From assembly GCA_030265395.1 (NCBI GenBank), contig JARFYF010000022.1:29603240-29667239 (forward strand): a stretch of DNA of 64,000 nt, written 5' to 3'. Source of the stretch: Rhina ancylostomus (taxonomy: Eukaryota). Each line of letters starts with the position of its first letter. Position 1 is the first letter of the stretch. The position numbers were made by a program, and so were the translations under genes. The notes under the pieces were generated by a model. It was not told where the DNA came from. It searched no databases and was given only the letters and a program-made list of their open reading frames with translations. Below are positions 37,546-50,800 of the stretch, piece by piece.

Positions 37546-40500
37546 ATGAAATTGTATAATCCNNNNNNNNNNNNNNNNNNNNNNNNNNNNNNNNNNNNNN
37601 NNNNNNNNNNNNNNNNNNNNNNNNNNNNNNNNNNNNNNNNNNNNNNNNNNNNNNNNNNNNNNAAATGAAATTGTATAATCCCTCCTAGGTAAGGGATGAT
37701 TTCATGCAGTTCTACAAAGAATTGCTAATTTTTGATTGGCCAGATCTTCCCGTCACTTCCTGTTGTCTGATGGTGCCTTGAGTTTGCTGTTGAGTTTTAA
37801 CTGAGTTTATACATTTATCTAGATATGGTTTAAACAGCAGGAACTGCCCAACTACTATTTACTTCGACATTGAACTATGAACAATAATAATGAAATAATA
37901 ATGAAGTTCATACATGATATCTGCATCACTTTAGATTTTTTTCCCTTCGCTGACAGAATTTTAATATTCCAAAATTGTGCCCACCTGGTCGCCCACAGTT
38001 AATTGACAGTATAGTTCTAATTAAAACTATAATTGTTCCTAGCAGTTTGGTGATTACCAATTATCACCTAAGTGTATTTGTCAAACCATTGGGACGGACA
38101 TTTCACATAAGGGTGTCTAGTGTTTGAAATCCTAATCACTGTATTACATTTTCCTGCAGGACTTTTAGCTAATTGCTTCATTACAGTCAAAACAACAGTG
38201 TGTTTTGGCATAAGCCCAAACATGATTCAGGGGTACATCTGTGTTAGTCTGAGTGCTTTTTCCTGCCTGTTGTGCATTTGTTAAATAAGATTTGGCTGCC
38301 TTTCTTTAAAAAAAAATTTGAATAAATATCAGAGTTTGAATGAAAGAACACCTTTTTTTGAACACCTGAAATTTTGGAAATTTAGAATGAACTACAGGAA
38401 AGCAACTTGTGATTACTTACTCTTTTTAATTTGGTTTAATTTTTTCTTAATCTTATTCTTTGGCTATAATTCTAAGGAGAGTCCCCCTATACAACAGAGG
38501 TAGAAACGGATGTATTAAATTATCCCTCTCTTAGCTCATTCAGTTCCCAACTTTCACTGATCAATATATTGCAGATTTGTTCAGATAAAGATGCAGCTAA
38601 GGACTGTCTCTGTTTCTGGATTTATTGCTGTTTTATAATGTTAGTTAATTATAAGTGAATAAGAAAGTATTTCATGGAGGTGAGTTGGTAGATCAATTGA
38701 ACACTTGGCAATGTACAGTAAGTATTTTCAAATCTCTATTACCTCTCTCCCCACTACAGTCCAATTTGTAAATCTTTATTCAATGTGGTTTAGATTGACA
38801 GGGATTTTCATATTACTTGAATAAACTGTTCCAGTAAACCATTTGCCAGCATTTACACTATTATATGTAATTGGGGAGATGGTGTAGTCATAGCCTCTGA
38901 TGTGTATGACAATGCTATATGCAGTCTATCTGTACCATTGCCAAACAGAGACGCTTTGGCTTATACAATGAGTTCTGTTTAGAGATGGATACATGACCTA
39001 GTGTATTATCATCTTCATTCAGTGAAATTAAAAGTGGGAAAATAATACAGCTTTCTATCCTCATACGGTTTCATTGTTGCTTATATTCTTGTTTGTTGTA
39101 AATTGTTTTCAATATTGCACTCCAATGTTAGGATAATGGGAACACTTGGAAGGTGCAAAGATCAACAACATGAAAAGATACTGAGTAGTTGGTACTATTA
39201 AAAAAAACATATTAAGTAGTTGTGTAGAAGTACAAGTTAGAAATGACCAGTTTCAAAATGTTTAAAACTTTTAGGCTATGGAACAAAAATATAGTTTGTT
39301 TACTCAGAATCTTCATTATTGTAGAATTGATAAGCATGTGAATATAACTCTTTTTAAGTAACAGAAAGGAGGTAACAGAGAGGGACAGAGGGTGCCTGAG
39401 TCTGGTGGGGTTGCTTCTTATTAAAGTGGCACAAGTGAGGCAATGCTTAACGGTGCACCTCTTTGCATTAATTTTAACCCTAAAAGCTGCTTGTGTAAAT
39501 TGTTTAGATATTAAAATAATGATACCTTTCAACCTTACTAACACCCTGCAGTCCCAAATGAATGTTTATTATTTTTGTATTTTTCACCATGCACCACCGT
39601 AATCTGACAGACACTGCAAGAAATGTGAAATTCTTAATTACACAAAGGTAATATGTTATTCTTAAAAGAAGACAGAAGGTCTTTTCATACACAATATCCT
39701 TAGAGACTTGTTGAAAATGCAGGACTGTACATATCTGTGGCGTCTTAGTGCAGTATAATTAACTTGAATCCCAGCAGCCCGGTTTTAAAGGCAAGCCTCA
39801 TTATATCAGAGGTGTTTTGTTTTTCAGAAATATATATATATATACACACACACTATTTACAAAGGATTCTCATCAGGAAAAGTTCAAATTCTACATGTTT
39901 GTCTTTTTTCCATTGACAAGTCACAAATTTTCATTTACTTTCATAGCTGAGTTCATAAATAGAGGCTCCTGGTCAGTTCCTCAGTAATTTGCCTTTTTGT
40001 CAACAGAGTAAGTCTTTGATTCTACAAAATTACCCTGGAATTTAGTGAGAACTTTTAACAGGGGAAAAATTGCTGGAATGACCTCAGCTGGCACCGATCT
40101 CACTAACTTTTTTAAAAAAAACATGATGAAAATGTTCGAACTGAAAGACTTCTTTCTTAATTTCATTATGAAGGAATAATTGGAACTATTTTTTTAATAG
40201 CTGTCGGTGTTAGCATTTAAGAGGAAATAGATAACAGATAATAAATAATCAAACAAAAATTTCTTTAGAGAACTGAAATAACCCGATAAACAGAAATTTA
40301 ACACCTTTACCTTCTGAAAAAAAAAGCAGTTTAATGGACTCCTTTTGTAATGCATCTAAAAGTGCCCTTCAGAGCAGGATATTATCAGTGTAAATTTGTG
40401 TCCAAGAATTGGAAAGATGGGGGTAAAATAATAAAATCTTCTCCTTTTTGTTGTTTGTTTAAAAAAAAGGTCAAAATGTGGTAACCATGAATAATTGTTC

Positions 40501-41559
40501 TGAATAATCCATTTCAAATATATCAGGATTTTGATCATGTTTGTTTTCTTAAGAAGTGTTTCAGCAGTTATTCATAATTTATTATTTTTTACTTGTCTGT
40601 CAAAACAAGTTTAAGCCTAATTAACGTATAAGCAGTGTCACAGCATCTGTTCCCCTTTACTGTCCAGAACATTGGATGAAATTGCTTTACATATCTACAA
40701 AGAAGATTATGTGATGAAGCTTACCTTTTAGTCAGACCAATTTTGAAAACTTAATGAAGTTTGTCTTGATGTCAATTCTGGGTTTCTAGTCAGTATTTTC
40801 ACATAAAGTCATTTGAATGAACAATATTGGATTTACTTATACTAACTTATAGAGATCTGTTTGAAAAAGTGTGTTTTAAAACACAAGTACATGAAAAAAT
40901 ACTCCTCATCTCAGGTTCAGTCGATCAATATATTTGCTTCAGAAAATTAGAAACTAGGGCAATCTAATGGAATATTCCTAGAATGATTGAATGAAGCAGA
41001 TCAACAAAATTGATTCAGGTCATTGTTCCTTAGGGAAAAGAGTTAAAATACCAAAGAGTTCACATTTAAAAATGCCTTTGTTTTGGTGCCAATTTGTTTT
41101 AAATTTTCTGCACTAATTGAAAGGGCTCATTTAAAATACAGCTGCATGGCCTGATAATTTGGTTGTGGATGGTAGGTAGATATATGCACACATAGGCAGA
41201 GTAGGAAGATTTTGATGTTCATCTCACATAACACCTATGACACCAAATAGGGCAGTAACAACCACACTAATATCATCTGCTTAGTCTGTGTGAAAAACCC
41301 AGCATTTTGAAGCAAGATGATTCCTAATCACAACCACCTACAACCCTGCAGTTCTACTTCCATCTAAACTTCCAGTTATTCATGGGATCCTCAATTACTT
41401 GAAGATTGGTTTGTGATTGATTGGAAGGAGAGTTGACTGTACATATATCCTTCTCTTTTACTGTTGAAGGCTTTCGCTATCACATAAACCATGAGCAAGT
41501 GCTGAAGTCTAATATGTTTTCGTGAAGGTCAAGACTCCTGACTTTCCAATGCCTTTTTG

Positions 41560-42035
41560 CCATTTAAAAGGTGCAAGCCAGGAGTATGATGGAATACTTT
41601 TTAATTGGCTGGATGAGTGTAGCTTAAAAAGCTTGACAACATCCAGTTTACAGCAATGTAAAGACAGTGGCTTCCCATAGACATCCTAAACATTTCTTCC
41701 TTTCAATACTGGTCCTGCCCAGCTATGGCATGCACTATCTCCTAACCAAATTGTAGCAACTCACCAAAGCTTTTTTGACAGCACCTGCAAAACCCATAAC
41801 CTCAGCAAAATCAGCTCCAGCTCGGGCATCTTTCTAATAGAAATACATCTACACTCCATCTTTCCTTGCTAAAACCTTAGAATTCGATATGTTGCAGCAC
41901 CATGGGTGGACCTGAACCACAAAGGTTGCAACAGTTCAAGTCGACATTCCTTCATCACCTTCTTTCAGAGCAAGTAGGGATGGCTGTTGAATTCTGGTTT
42001 GCAGTGATGTCCCCATCCTAAGTGTGAATAAAAAT
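41560..42035 (+). mobile_element. CR1/L2-group LINE 3' end, more decayed copy
   Basis: aaggtgcaagccaggagtatgatggaatac...aagcttgacaacatccag...agggatggctg...cagtgatgtccccatcc; homologous to 37060-37545. Confidence 0.65.
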
Positions 42036-42189
42036 AAAATACAACCAAATTCTTCATTCACCCACAAATACCACTTCATGAAACCTTGGTTGTCGATTAT
42101 CGCAGAACCAGTTAGACGACATCTGTCGAATACAAATCAATAATATATATTTAACCAATCTGGATACAAAAGCCTATTAATATTAACTG

Positions 42190-42957
42190 CTCACCTGCGT
42201 GCATACCCTTGGTGTCTGCATTCCTTGCACATTTGTATCCTTGTNNNNNNNNNNACTGCTCTTCTGTAGTGGTTGCAGCAGTGGACAAGACAACAGATGG
42301 CCTGGGCGGCCGTCACAAGCAGTTCTGGGTCCAGGGGCCCTGGTGACGGACTGTACCATCTTGCCAAAGCAGGTGGGAAGGAAGCAGCAAAGCACTGGTG
42401 GAATGATAGAGAAGGGTTCACAGCTGGTGTCGGGCTGAGAGGTGATAGCAGATTCATGTTGGAGAATAGCTTGCCAGAGAATGGTGGAGTGTGAAACCAG
42501 TCCAAATCTTGATGTTTATTGGCATATTAGCATACCAAGGGATCCAAATTCATGAATGTTGAGCACTAAGGAACACTAACCTTTAGAACAGACAGTCTGC
42601 AATATGCTAAAAGGGTTGAAGCCTGGTGGTTGAAGCAGGTACTGGCAGCGATTCTGCAAATTAAACTGACTAGGAAGGCACTCAGGAATGGCACAATGAG
42701 TATGGTGCCACTCTGGCAGCAGGAGGTAGGAAGGACAAGAGATGTCCTGTTTCACTAGGGGAGAGGAAGCTTCCCTCACACACATTGTGACGGCAGTGGG
42801 AGGAGATAGCGGTGTCGGCCAATGCCAGGAGACAAGATCCAAAGACCTGGATGTGATCCCACAAGAAGTTCACTGAGTTCATTTATGGGCCAAGGTCAGT
42901 GAATTCATGGTAATATTTTCTCAACTACTGCAAAACCAGCCTCCAACACTGCTCAAA
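42190..42957 (+). mobile_element. PIF/Harbinger relic with Myb/SANT-like gene exon 1 (copy 1)
   Basis: Frame near 42720-42890 reads EVGRTRDVLF...L*RQWEEIAVSANARRQDPKTWM*SHKKFTE (Myb/SANT W.EIA...RTW.QC.KKF pattern), followed by donor-like AAG|gtcagt; family call is inference. Confidence 0.55.
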
Positions 42958-42958
42958 A

Positions 42959-43945
42959 TTGATAGACAGACTGAAAATAAGAATAAATGGGTCTTTTTAG
43001 GGTAGCAGACAGTGAATATCAGGGATCAGTGTTTGGCCCCAGCTCTTCACAATACATATATCAATGACTTGGATGAGGAGACCAAATGTAATATCTCTAA
43101 GTTATCCCAGGAGGTGAAACTGGAAAGGATTGTGAGTTGTGAGAATCCTCAAGAGCTTCAAGAAAGTTTAGATGTTAAGTAAGTAGGCAAATACATGCAG
43201 TACAACATGGATAAATATGAAGTTATCCACTTTGACAGGACAAACAGAAAGGCAGAATGTTCTTTAATTAGTGATGTATTGGAAAGTGTTCATTTACCAA
43301 AGGGATCCAGGTGACCTTGTACAAAATTCACTGAAAGTAAACATTTAGGAAAAGCAAGCAGTTGAGAAGGCGAGAGGTATGTTGGCCTGATTGCAAAAGG
43401 TTTTGAGTACTGGAGCAAGGATGTCTTCTAAATACAGGACCTTGGAGAGACCTAGAGTACTGTGTACATTTTTGACCTCCTTTCCATAGAAAGGGTACAC
43501 ATGATATAGAGGGAGTGCAACAGAGATTCACCAGACTGACTCCTGGACTGTTGTATGTGGAAGTTTGGATCAGCTGCACCTATATTCAAATGAGTATAGA
43601 AGATAGAGAGGAGATCTGATTGAAATGCACAAAATTCTGACTGGGCTCACAGATTGGATGCTGTGGAGATATTTGCCTTGACTGGGGAGTCAATAACAAG
43701 GGATGACAGTCTCAGGATATGGGGTAAGACATTTGGGACTGATGTGAGAAGAAATTTCTTCAGTGGGTGGTGGACTAGTAGAATTCTCTACCACAAATTC
43801 TGTGGCCAAGTCACTATATTTAAAAAGGTAATATAAAGATCTCAAGAGATATGAAAAGAGAGTTATTGAGACAGAGGATTGGCCATGATCGTATTGAATG
43901 ACAGAGTAGTTTTGAGGGGCTGAGTGGCCTACTCCTGCCCCTGTC
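42959..43945 (+). mobile_element. CR1 LINE 3' ~1 kb (RT C-terminal half plus 3'UTR)
   Basis: ~QGSVFGP.LFT..INDLDEETKCNISK...LEYCVHF*PP..RK...IEGVQQRFTRL...FGTDVRRNFFS, ending gggctgagtggcctactcctgcccct. Confidence 0.85.
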
Positions 43946-43999
43946 TATTTTTTTTTCCCTGCAGAGCACCAAACTAGCAGATTAGACAGTTAAAGGATT

Positions 44000-44645
44000 A
44001 TCCATCCCTACCTTGCTTCAGCCCATCCACACTTGAAACCTCATCTGTGTCGTTGTCACCTCAGAATTCCAATAAAAGATTGGCTTGTTTCCCAACCAAC
44101 TCATTCAAAACCCTGCTGACATTATCCTATGCATAAACCACTCACCTATTGTTCCAACCTCATTGACTTGTGTTTGAACTGTCAATAAATTTACTTCATT
44201 GGTGTGAGTACTTTGGAACATCCTGAGATGTGATGGATTTTACTTAAATGCAAGCAACATTTTTACATTGGTTCACAACCACTAGATGTCTCCAGTTTAA
44301 AACTGTGAACCATGTGTTTAAATTCCTTCACAGACATCTCCTTGCCAAGCCTCCTCTGGCCTTGCAACCCATTCATAAACTCTGCATTCTTTTAATTCTG
44401 GCCTCTTGTGATCTCTCCCTCTCCTTCACCTGGTCATGTCTTCAATCACTAAAACTGAATGTTCAGAAATTTCCTCCTTAAACCTCTCCCTCCATATATC
44501 CATCTCCCAGGGCAGCTTTATGCCCATCACATGGGCCAGGGTTTTGATGACCATCCTGATGTATCTTTTTCTTGTCTGATCATACCTCTTAAGAGGCAAT
44601 TGGGATATTCTTGTACATTAAAGGTGCTAACTAAATGCATATTAA
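44000..44645 (+). mobile_element. L2 LINE 3' fragment with an embedded SINE/L2 tail
   Basis: ~ETS..VVTS...LIQNPA.I...LHW...LQFKTV..VFKFLH, ending aaggtgctaactaaatgca. Confidence 0.55.
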
Positions 44646-45738
44646 TATTCTTATCCTTAAATTCCCCTTAAATTCATCTATTATATAGAATAAGGGGATT
44701 AAACCTAAATATCAAATAGATTAGGTATATTAAGTGATTTTGAAAGTTAAGTAGTGCCTTGGATTTTCCAAAATTGGTTTAGGAATGGAAAAGCATATTG
44801 CTATCAGAAGTACTAAAGATTTACCTTCCAGTAACTTTTTATGTTCCATTTATACAACGTTGTAAGGAGAGAGTATATGACCTTCACTCAGGCGAGGTAA
44901 AGAAGGCTCGATGTGTTTTATCAGTAAACCCTTCAAAAGAATTCCACAGGTAGTAAGGGTTTTGTTGTTGTACAAAGAATGTTGGGATAATTGGTTAAAA
45001 TCATGGTAATGTTGCCTGAAAATGATCAAGGCAGCTTGGGTGATATACGTTGCTCAAAAAGAAATGTGAGGTGGGAGAGAAATAGGTATAAGACTGCAGC
45101 TGTGATATTGCACAAGAGATCTGCCCAATAGTGGTGCAGAGGATGATAGAAAGCATTTGAGGTGATTATCTAACAGATCTCTGGAGCAGGATGAGTGATG
45201 TGAAGGTTCTGTATTCCTGTAAAACTATTGTGTTCTGTTGAAAATATTCAATGAAATTGAAATCAGCTTTTCAAATCCAGTTACTATATCGATATTCTGT
45301 CAATATTAAATTTGTGTATAACATGTAATTCCATTCCCAAATGCAAGGATGGATGACAAGAATATTTACGTGTTCAAGTTTACAACTTTGTTAAGTGAAA
45401 GAAATGGGCCAGCATAGAGTTGCAGTTAAATCCACCTATAATCTGGATGATAAGCCTCCACCACAGTCTTGTTGCCCAAGCTCTTATTTCACACCTATAC
45501 CCTCCATGGTATGGGTCACATCCCAAACATAACTGCTCAATGGCCCTTTAGTAAGTCATTAAAGGCATAAATAATTTCCAAGTCATGGCCTATTCATTGT
45601 AAAAGAAATAAAGATACATGAACCTAAACTGAATATCCTGAAACCAGACATAAATGCCATGATATACAATTAAGCTATGTCTATTTGATTCAAAATAGAC
45701 TGCACATAAATTCTGCAGTGCCTGACCATTCGAATTTC

Positions 45739-46500
45739 AGTGTCAAACTAGTCCATACCTTGATGTTTATTGGCATATTAGATCCAAATTCATGAGTGTT
45801 GAGCACTAAGGAACACTAACCTTTAGAACAGACAGTTTGTAATAAGCTAAAAGGGTTGAAACATGATGGTTGAAGCAGGTACTGGCTGGGATTTTGGAAC
45901 TTAAACTGACTCAGAAGGCACTCAGGAATGGTACAATACAGGTGAGTGTGGTGCCACACTGGCAGTAGGAGATGGAAAGGACAGGAGATATCCAATTTCA
46001 GTAGAGGACAGGAAGCCTCCCTCACGCACATTGTGATGGCAGTGGGAAGAGATAGCAGTGTCAGCCAATGCCAGGAGACAAGCTGCAAGGACCTGGATGT
46101 GGTCCCACAGAAGTTCGTTCACTTCATTTATGGGCAGTGAATTCATGGCAGTATTTTCTCAACTGCAAAACCAGCCTCCAACAATGCTCAAAGCACAGGA
46201 AGTAACACTCACCATCAAGCATAAACATTTGGGACTTGTGCTTGACCTTCATCCTCCACTACATCTTCACTCTCTTAATGCAAATTAATTCCTAACGTCC
46301 ATGTTTCACAGCTCGGGAATATTTCACCAGAAAAGCCGCATCAGTTGAGGAAGTTGCACAACACTGGCTGACGCACTCCCCCTTCTCCTGCAGGATGAGG
46401 TAACGTTCAGCCAGAGGCAGCAGCAGATAAAGGGACACAGTGTTCCACATCATTGGCGCAGCCGTTCATGAGAGTGTGGCAGCAGAAAGAAGGTATCCAA
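45739..46500 (+). mobile_element. PIF/Harbinger Myb/SANT relic copy 2, continuing through intron and exon 2
   Basis: 45739-46192 duplicates 42488-42957; acceptor ccccttctcctgcag then DEVTFSQRQQQIKG and, frameshifted, TVFHIIGAAVHESVAAE, as expected after a Harbinger Myb domain. Confidence 0.55.
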
Positions 46501-49174
46501 GCTGTTGCCAGGGCAATAGGCATTCACCCGCATGATTCACTGAATATGGTTATATTTCAGCTGGAAAGGAATGGAGTGGAGTCATTTTCAGTAGTGGTTA
46601 GACTTCGAGTTGACATGTAACAGTAGCATAGTGACGTGTACGCAGTCTTTGCATCTTGGCAAGCTCACAAAGCTTTACAAAGTTGTGTGCTCATTCTGCC
46701 AGCTGATGTGTGGCAAGGGAGAATGAAATGTGCTTAGCTCTTCTTGGAAAGGGCAGCTTGGAATCAATGACCAGTCTTATGGAAAAGTGGTTAGGCAGAA
46801 AGCTGCAGGATTGTACAAAATGTTTCTAGCTCCACCCTGGAAGGGTATCCTGATCTAACAGCCATTAACAAACAGGTCCTTCCCTGCTCCCAGCTTGTCA
46901 AAAGCAGTTTCAGTGAGCATGGTTCTTTAGTCCACTACCACAGATGTAGGTGCATTTTAAGCCATTACTTATTTAACCTATGCAAGAAGTTTTCAGAGAA
47001 CTAAATTGAATGACTCCAAAAACAGTCCCAGAGATTCTGTTTTACAATTAACCCAGATGCTTTTGAGTCAATATTGAAAGACAAACATCTCGCACATTAT
47101 TCCTCACTGTGGTTCAGGTGGGAAATTGCCAGCCTGAAGATGTTTGATGCATATAGCCAGCTGGCAGCCCTTCTCTCTTCTCAGCTGTCCTTCCAGCAGC
47201 ATATCCCACTCTGCTCATTCACTCAGTTATTCTGTATTCTAAGAGCAGGGCCTAGTTATGTACCCATGTCTGCAATCAACTGCTGTGCAGAAGCTTTGAA
47301 GTTAAGGCAATGCCTTCAGCACCTGGCACCCCACTCCCTGTAGATTTCAATACATTTAGAGAACTCTAGAATGCACCAAACCCCAGCCAGTGAAAATTAA
47401 TAGGTAACTAATTTAGAAAAAGTTAATTAATCCTTTAAATACTACTGCTGATGGGTCCTTCCTGCAATGGAATGTGTTTAACTTTGAGAGTTTAAGGAGC
47501 AGTATCTAGAACTTGGCACTACAAAATAGCACTGTTGAGATCACCTCAATTTTGCATTCCAATTGACCTTGATCTGCTTAGTCATAACACTTTCAGCAGG
47601 GTTGTGGTCTCATGTATTTACGTCCCTAACAATATGATACTTTACAATACAAATAAAATATCACCATATATGGGAACCAATTTTCCATCTGTTTCATCCA
47701 AACAAAGGCACAGTGACACAGAACTTTATGGCTTTATTCTGACAGGATTAAGGGGCTCTTCTCCTTGTATCATCTTAAGCATCTTTTTAAAGAAAAATGG
47801 GCATCACCATAGTGCATGTAAATCTCATGTCAGAAGTAATGGGAGGGAACAGGACAGAAAGATGATATAACTTGAATTTCCAGTAAATTTGCTATCATAC
47901 CATGCCAGATTTGGCCACTGGACCATCAAAGTTAATAAGAGATTAGCTGTAGTAGAATGCTCAGAAGGATTCCACAAAGAACTAAAGGAGACCAAGAAAC
48001 ATACCACACAGTGATGTCCCTAAGAAACCAAAGAACATTTTGTCTTTAATCTTTACTGGAAAGTAAAGTCTGTCCCCATTACATTGCTGATCGTAATATT
48101 CCAAGTCTTTGCTACACAACTTCTGTATAATATACTTAGTGGGGTAGAAATTCATGTTTGCACCGTAGATGGCTGCCAGAGGCACTCCATGCAGCAGGTA
48201 AATTGAGAAGTATTAAATGGTAAACTCTTTTAATAGCTTGTCTATTAGAAGTGGAAAAGACAATCAAGCAAGTTTCTGGCACAGTTTAAGTGAGACAAAG
48301 GATTACTTTTGATTTCATCAGAGCAAGAACACAGGACAGCATACTTGGAATTAGATATACACAATATGTTGACGAGCAATTGAGGTTCTGATGAAAGGTC
48401 ATTCCCCAAAAGTCTCTTCAGGCCTTACTTGTTGACTATTTCTAGCATNNNNNNNNNNNNNNNNNNNNNNNNNNNNNNNNNNNNNNNNNNNNNNNNNNNN
48501 NNNNNNNNNNNNNNNNNNNNNNNNNNNNNNNNNNNNNNNNNNNNNNNNTTCAGGCCTTACTTGTTGACTATTTCTAGCATTCTCTTTGTTTCTATCAACA
48601 ATATGTTGTTTTGTTTCCCATGAGTTTTGTTCTTGCAATAAGGGTATCAATTCGTGAAATGTAGCTTCATATTTTTGAAGAATCTTACTTATATTAGTAA
48701 CGTGCAGTTGTGCTTGCTGTGTGCAATATGGTAAGTACTTCCAGATTCTGTCACAAGGTGTCACCATTTAATCAGATACTGCTGTGGTAATGCAGCCACC
48801 TTATTGAGCTGGGGAAAGTGGAAACACTGCTCCACAGAGCTTCTTAAATACACTTTGCTGGGTGGAAACAAGATATTTAAATCTTTGGTTGATTGTGAAA
48901 AGTGTCAATTCCTGTTTATGTTTTTATGTTATTATTGAGTCACTTGATTTCAAATGTTCCACTCTGTTCGGTCATCTAGAATTAAAACATTCACAACTAG
49001 AAATTCATTTGCTGTTGATCTTGGCTCTGTAAGTGTTGATCTGAAATGATATATACAAATGTAAGCTGTATGTAGTTTATGTAACATATATAATATATTC
49101 CAAAGTTTTTCTTAATATTGCTAAGAGCTATTGATTTTGTGGATTTTAGTTTCCTCCACTGGCAATATTGTTAA

Positions 49175-49420
49175 AACAACAACAATTTGCATTTCCATCT
49201 TGCCTTTACCTCAGGGAAACATATCAAAGCACTTCAAAAAGAGCTTAATTAGATAAAAACTGACACAAAACCTATTTAACTGATTTTAGCAATGATGAAT
49301 AAAAGCTTACTAAAAGGGACTGGATTGAAGGAAGTTCTTACAGAAGAGGGGCAGAGAGGTTTAGAGAAAGAATTCCCAAGCTCAAGGTTACATGGCTGAA
49401 GATACAACTGTTAAGTAAGA
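49175..49420 (-). mobile_element. L2 LINE 3' tail
   Basis: aacaacaacaatttgcatt...aaagcacttca...gagaggtttagagaaagaattcccaagct is a reverse L2 3'UTR. Confidence 0.55.
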
Positions 49421-49664
49421 GAGCTATTTGATAATCTCAAATTTATGGTGAATTTTCACCATTTGACTTTGTCACTGTCTAAGTTGACCTTCATCCATGC
49501 CTTTATCATGTCCAATGCTCTTCTGGCCTGCTTCTCACCTTTCGACCTGCGTAAATCAAAACTCTGCTTACAGTCATGCTCACATATTCACTTCCCTACT
49601 TCTCATAATTAGGCAATGTCTCAATTTTAAAATTCTCATTTCTCTTTTGTTCTCATTTTTCCAT

Positions 49665-50800
49665 TGCAATACAGAAGAAGGCCAGTCAGCCCATTAGGTC
49701 TATGCCATCTGTCAAATCATTCCCATCAGTCCCATTCCTCCGCTTCATTTCCCTGTAACCTATTTCCTCTCACATGTCCATCAACTCTACCCTGAGTCTC
49801 CCACCACCCACTTAGAGTAATCTAATTAACTGATTAACACTTGTTATGAACTAGGTTACTATTGGTGAATGTCCCTTTAAGATAGGGCATTGTGTGTGTG
49901 TGGTGTGGTTACATCAACAGAAGGTAAAGGATGTAATGGCGTTTCTGAAGCAGTCAGTAGGAATCAGTCGGAGGAGAAGAGAGAGATAGAGAGAGAGAGA
50001 GACAGAGAGCAGCCTGCTAGTCTCTATTGATGGATGAAAAACAGTAACTGAGTCTGTCACTACAATCCACATCTGGATTTTTGGAGTAATCCAGTGGAGT
50101 CCACTTTGCTGTTAACCTGTAGAGGGAAACAAATATTTGTGTGGACAACCACATCTTGGATGCCTTTCGGGGTGGCAGATACTTCGCAACAAAGCGGCGG
50201 AGTTCACTTTGTTGTTGACCTGTAAAAGAAACAGGTACTTGTGTGGACGGCCAGAATTCGAGTGCCTTTCAGCGTGAGGCAGATGTGGTGGAGTAGTCAC
50301 TGCTGAGTAGACACTGAGGTGTCGTATGGGTTCCATCGTGGAGCATTTGGATTTCGTAATTATTCTTTATTTTCTCTCTACGTTTTGTCTTCAGTCAACA
50401 GTGGTTGTTGAAGAAGCCTATGCTCATGTTTCATTTTATGGCTTGCTGAACTGAACTATAAGAACCATTCTTGGACTTGGAATTAGGGAATTTGCCACAC
50501 ACACACACCACGAGTTTAGTTTTTGAGGTTAATGATTAAGGTCTAATGTTTTTACTTTTATTTTCCTTATTATCATAAGTAGTTATTAATAAAATAGTTT
50601 TTAACACATATGACTCAGTGTGTTTCTTTTGTTGCTGGTTCGTAACACATTGCTTTAGAATGTACAAGAAAGCTGGACCACCCAGGGGAAACCAAAGTGG
50701 TCAGAGGAAGAACTTTCAGACTCTGCACAGACAGCATCAGAGGTCAAGATTGAATCTTGGCTGCTGGAACCATGTAGCAGACCAAACTGCTGCACTAATG
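49665..50800 (-). mobile_element. Old V-SINE with CR1-type tail, interrupted by a solo LTR
   Basis: 49665-49841 CR1-like tail and body (gaaggccagtcagcccattaggtctatgcc); 50648-50800 V-domain and tRNA head (ccacccaggggaaacc...cagaggtcaagattgaatc). Confidence 0.65.
49842..50647 (+). mobile_element. Solo LTR, same Gypsy family as 20270
   Basis: Termini TGTTATGAAC...GTTCGTAACA (inverted), AATAAA near the end, TSD CACT/CATT, clear homology to 20270-20764, internal (GA)n and ~95-bp subrepeat. Confidence 0.9.

Noticed and set aside
37544-37681. 19-bp direct repeat aaatgaaattgtataatcc around an N gap
   Set aside because: Same assembly-overlap artefact
42488-46192. LTR retrotransposon with two 460-bp LTRs
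   Set aside because: The repeats lack TG…CA termini, PBS, PPT and TSD, they encode a Myb/SANT fragment, and the interior has no gag/pol
46312-46399. Host exon or 6-nt microexon (tttcacag…GATGAG|gtaacg)
   Set aside because: It lies inside the Harbinger Myb relic; the acceptor at 46393 is better explained as the transposon gene's own exon 2
48417-48580. 32-bp direct repeat flanking a 100-N gap
   Set aside because: Identical sequence on both sides of a scaffold gap indicates an unmerged contig overlap
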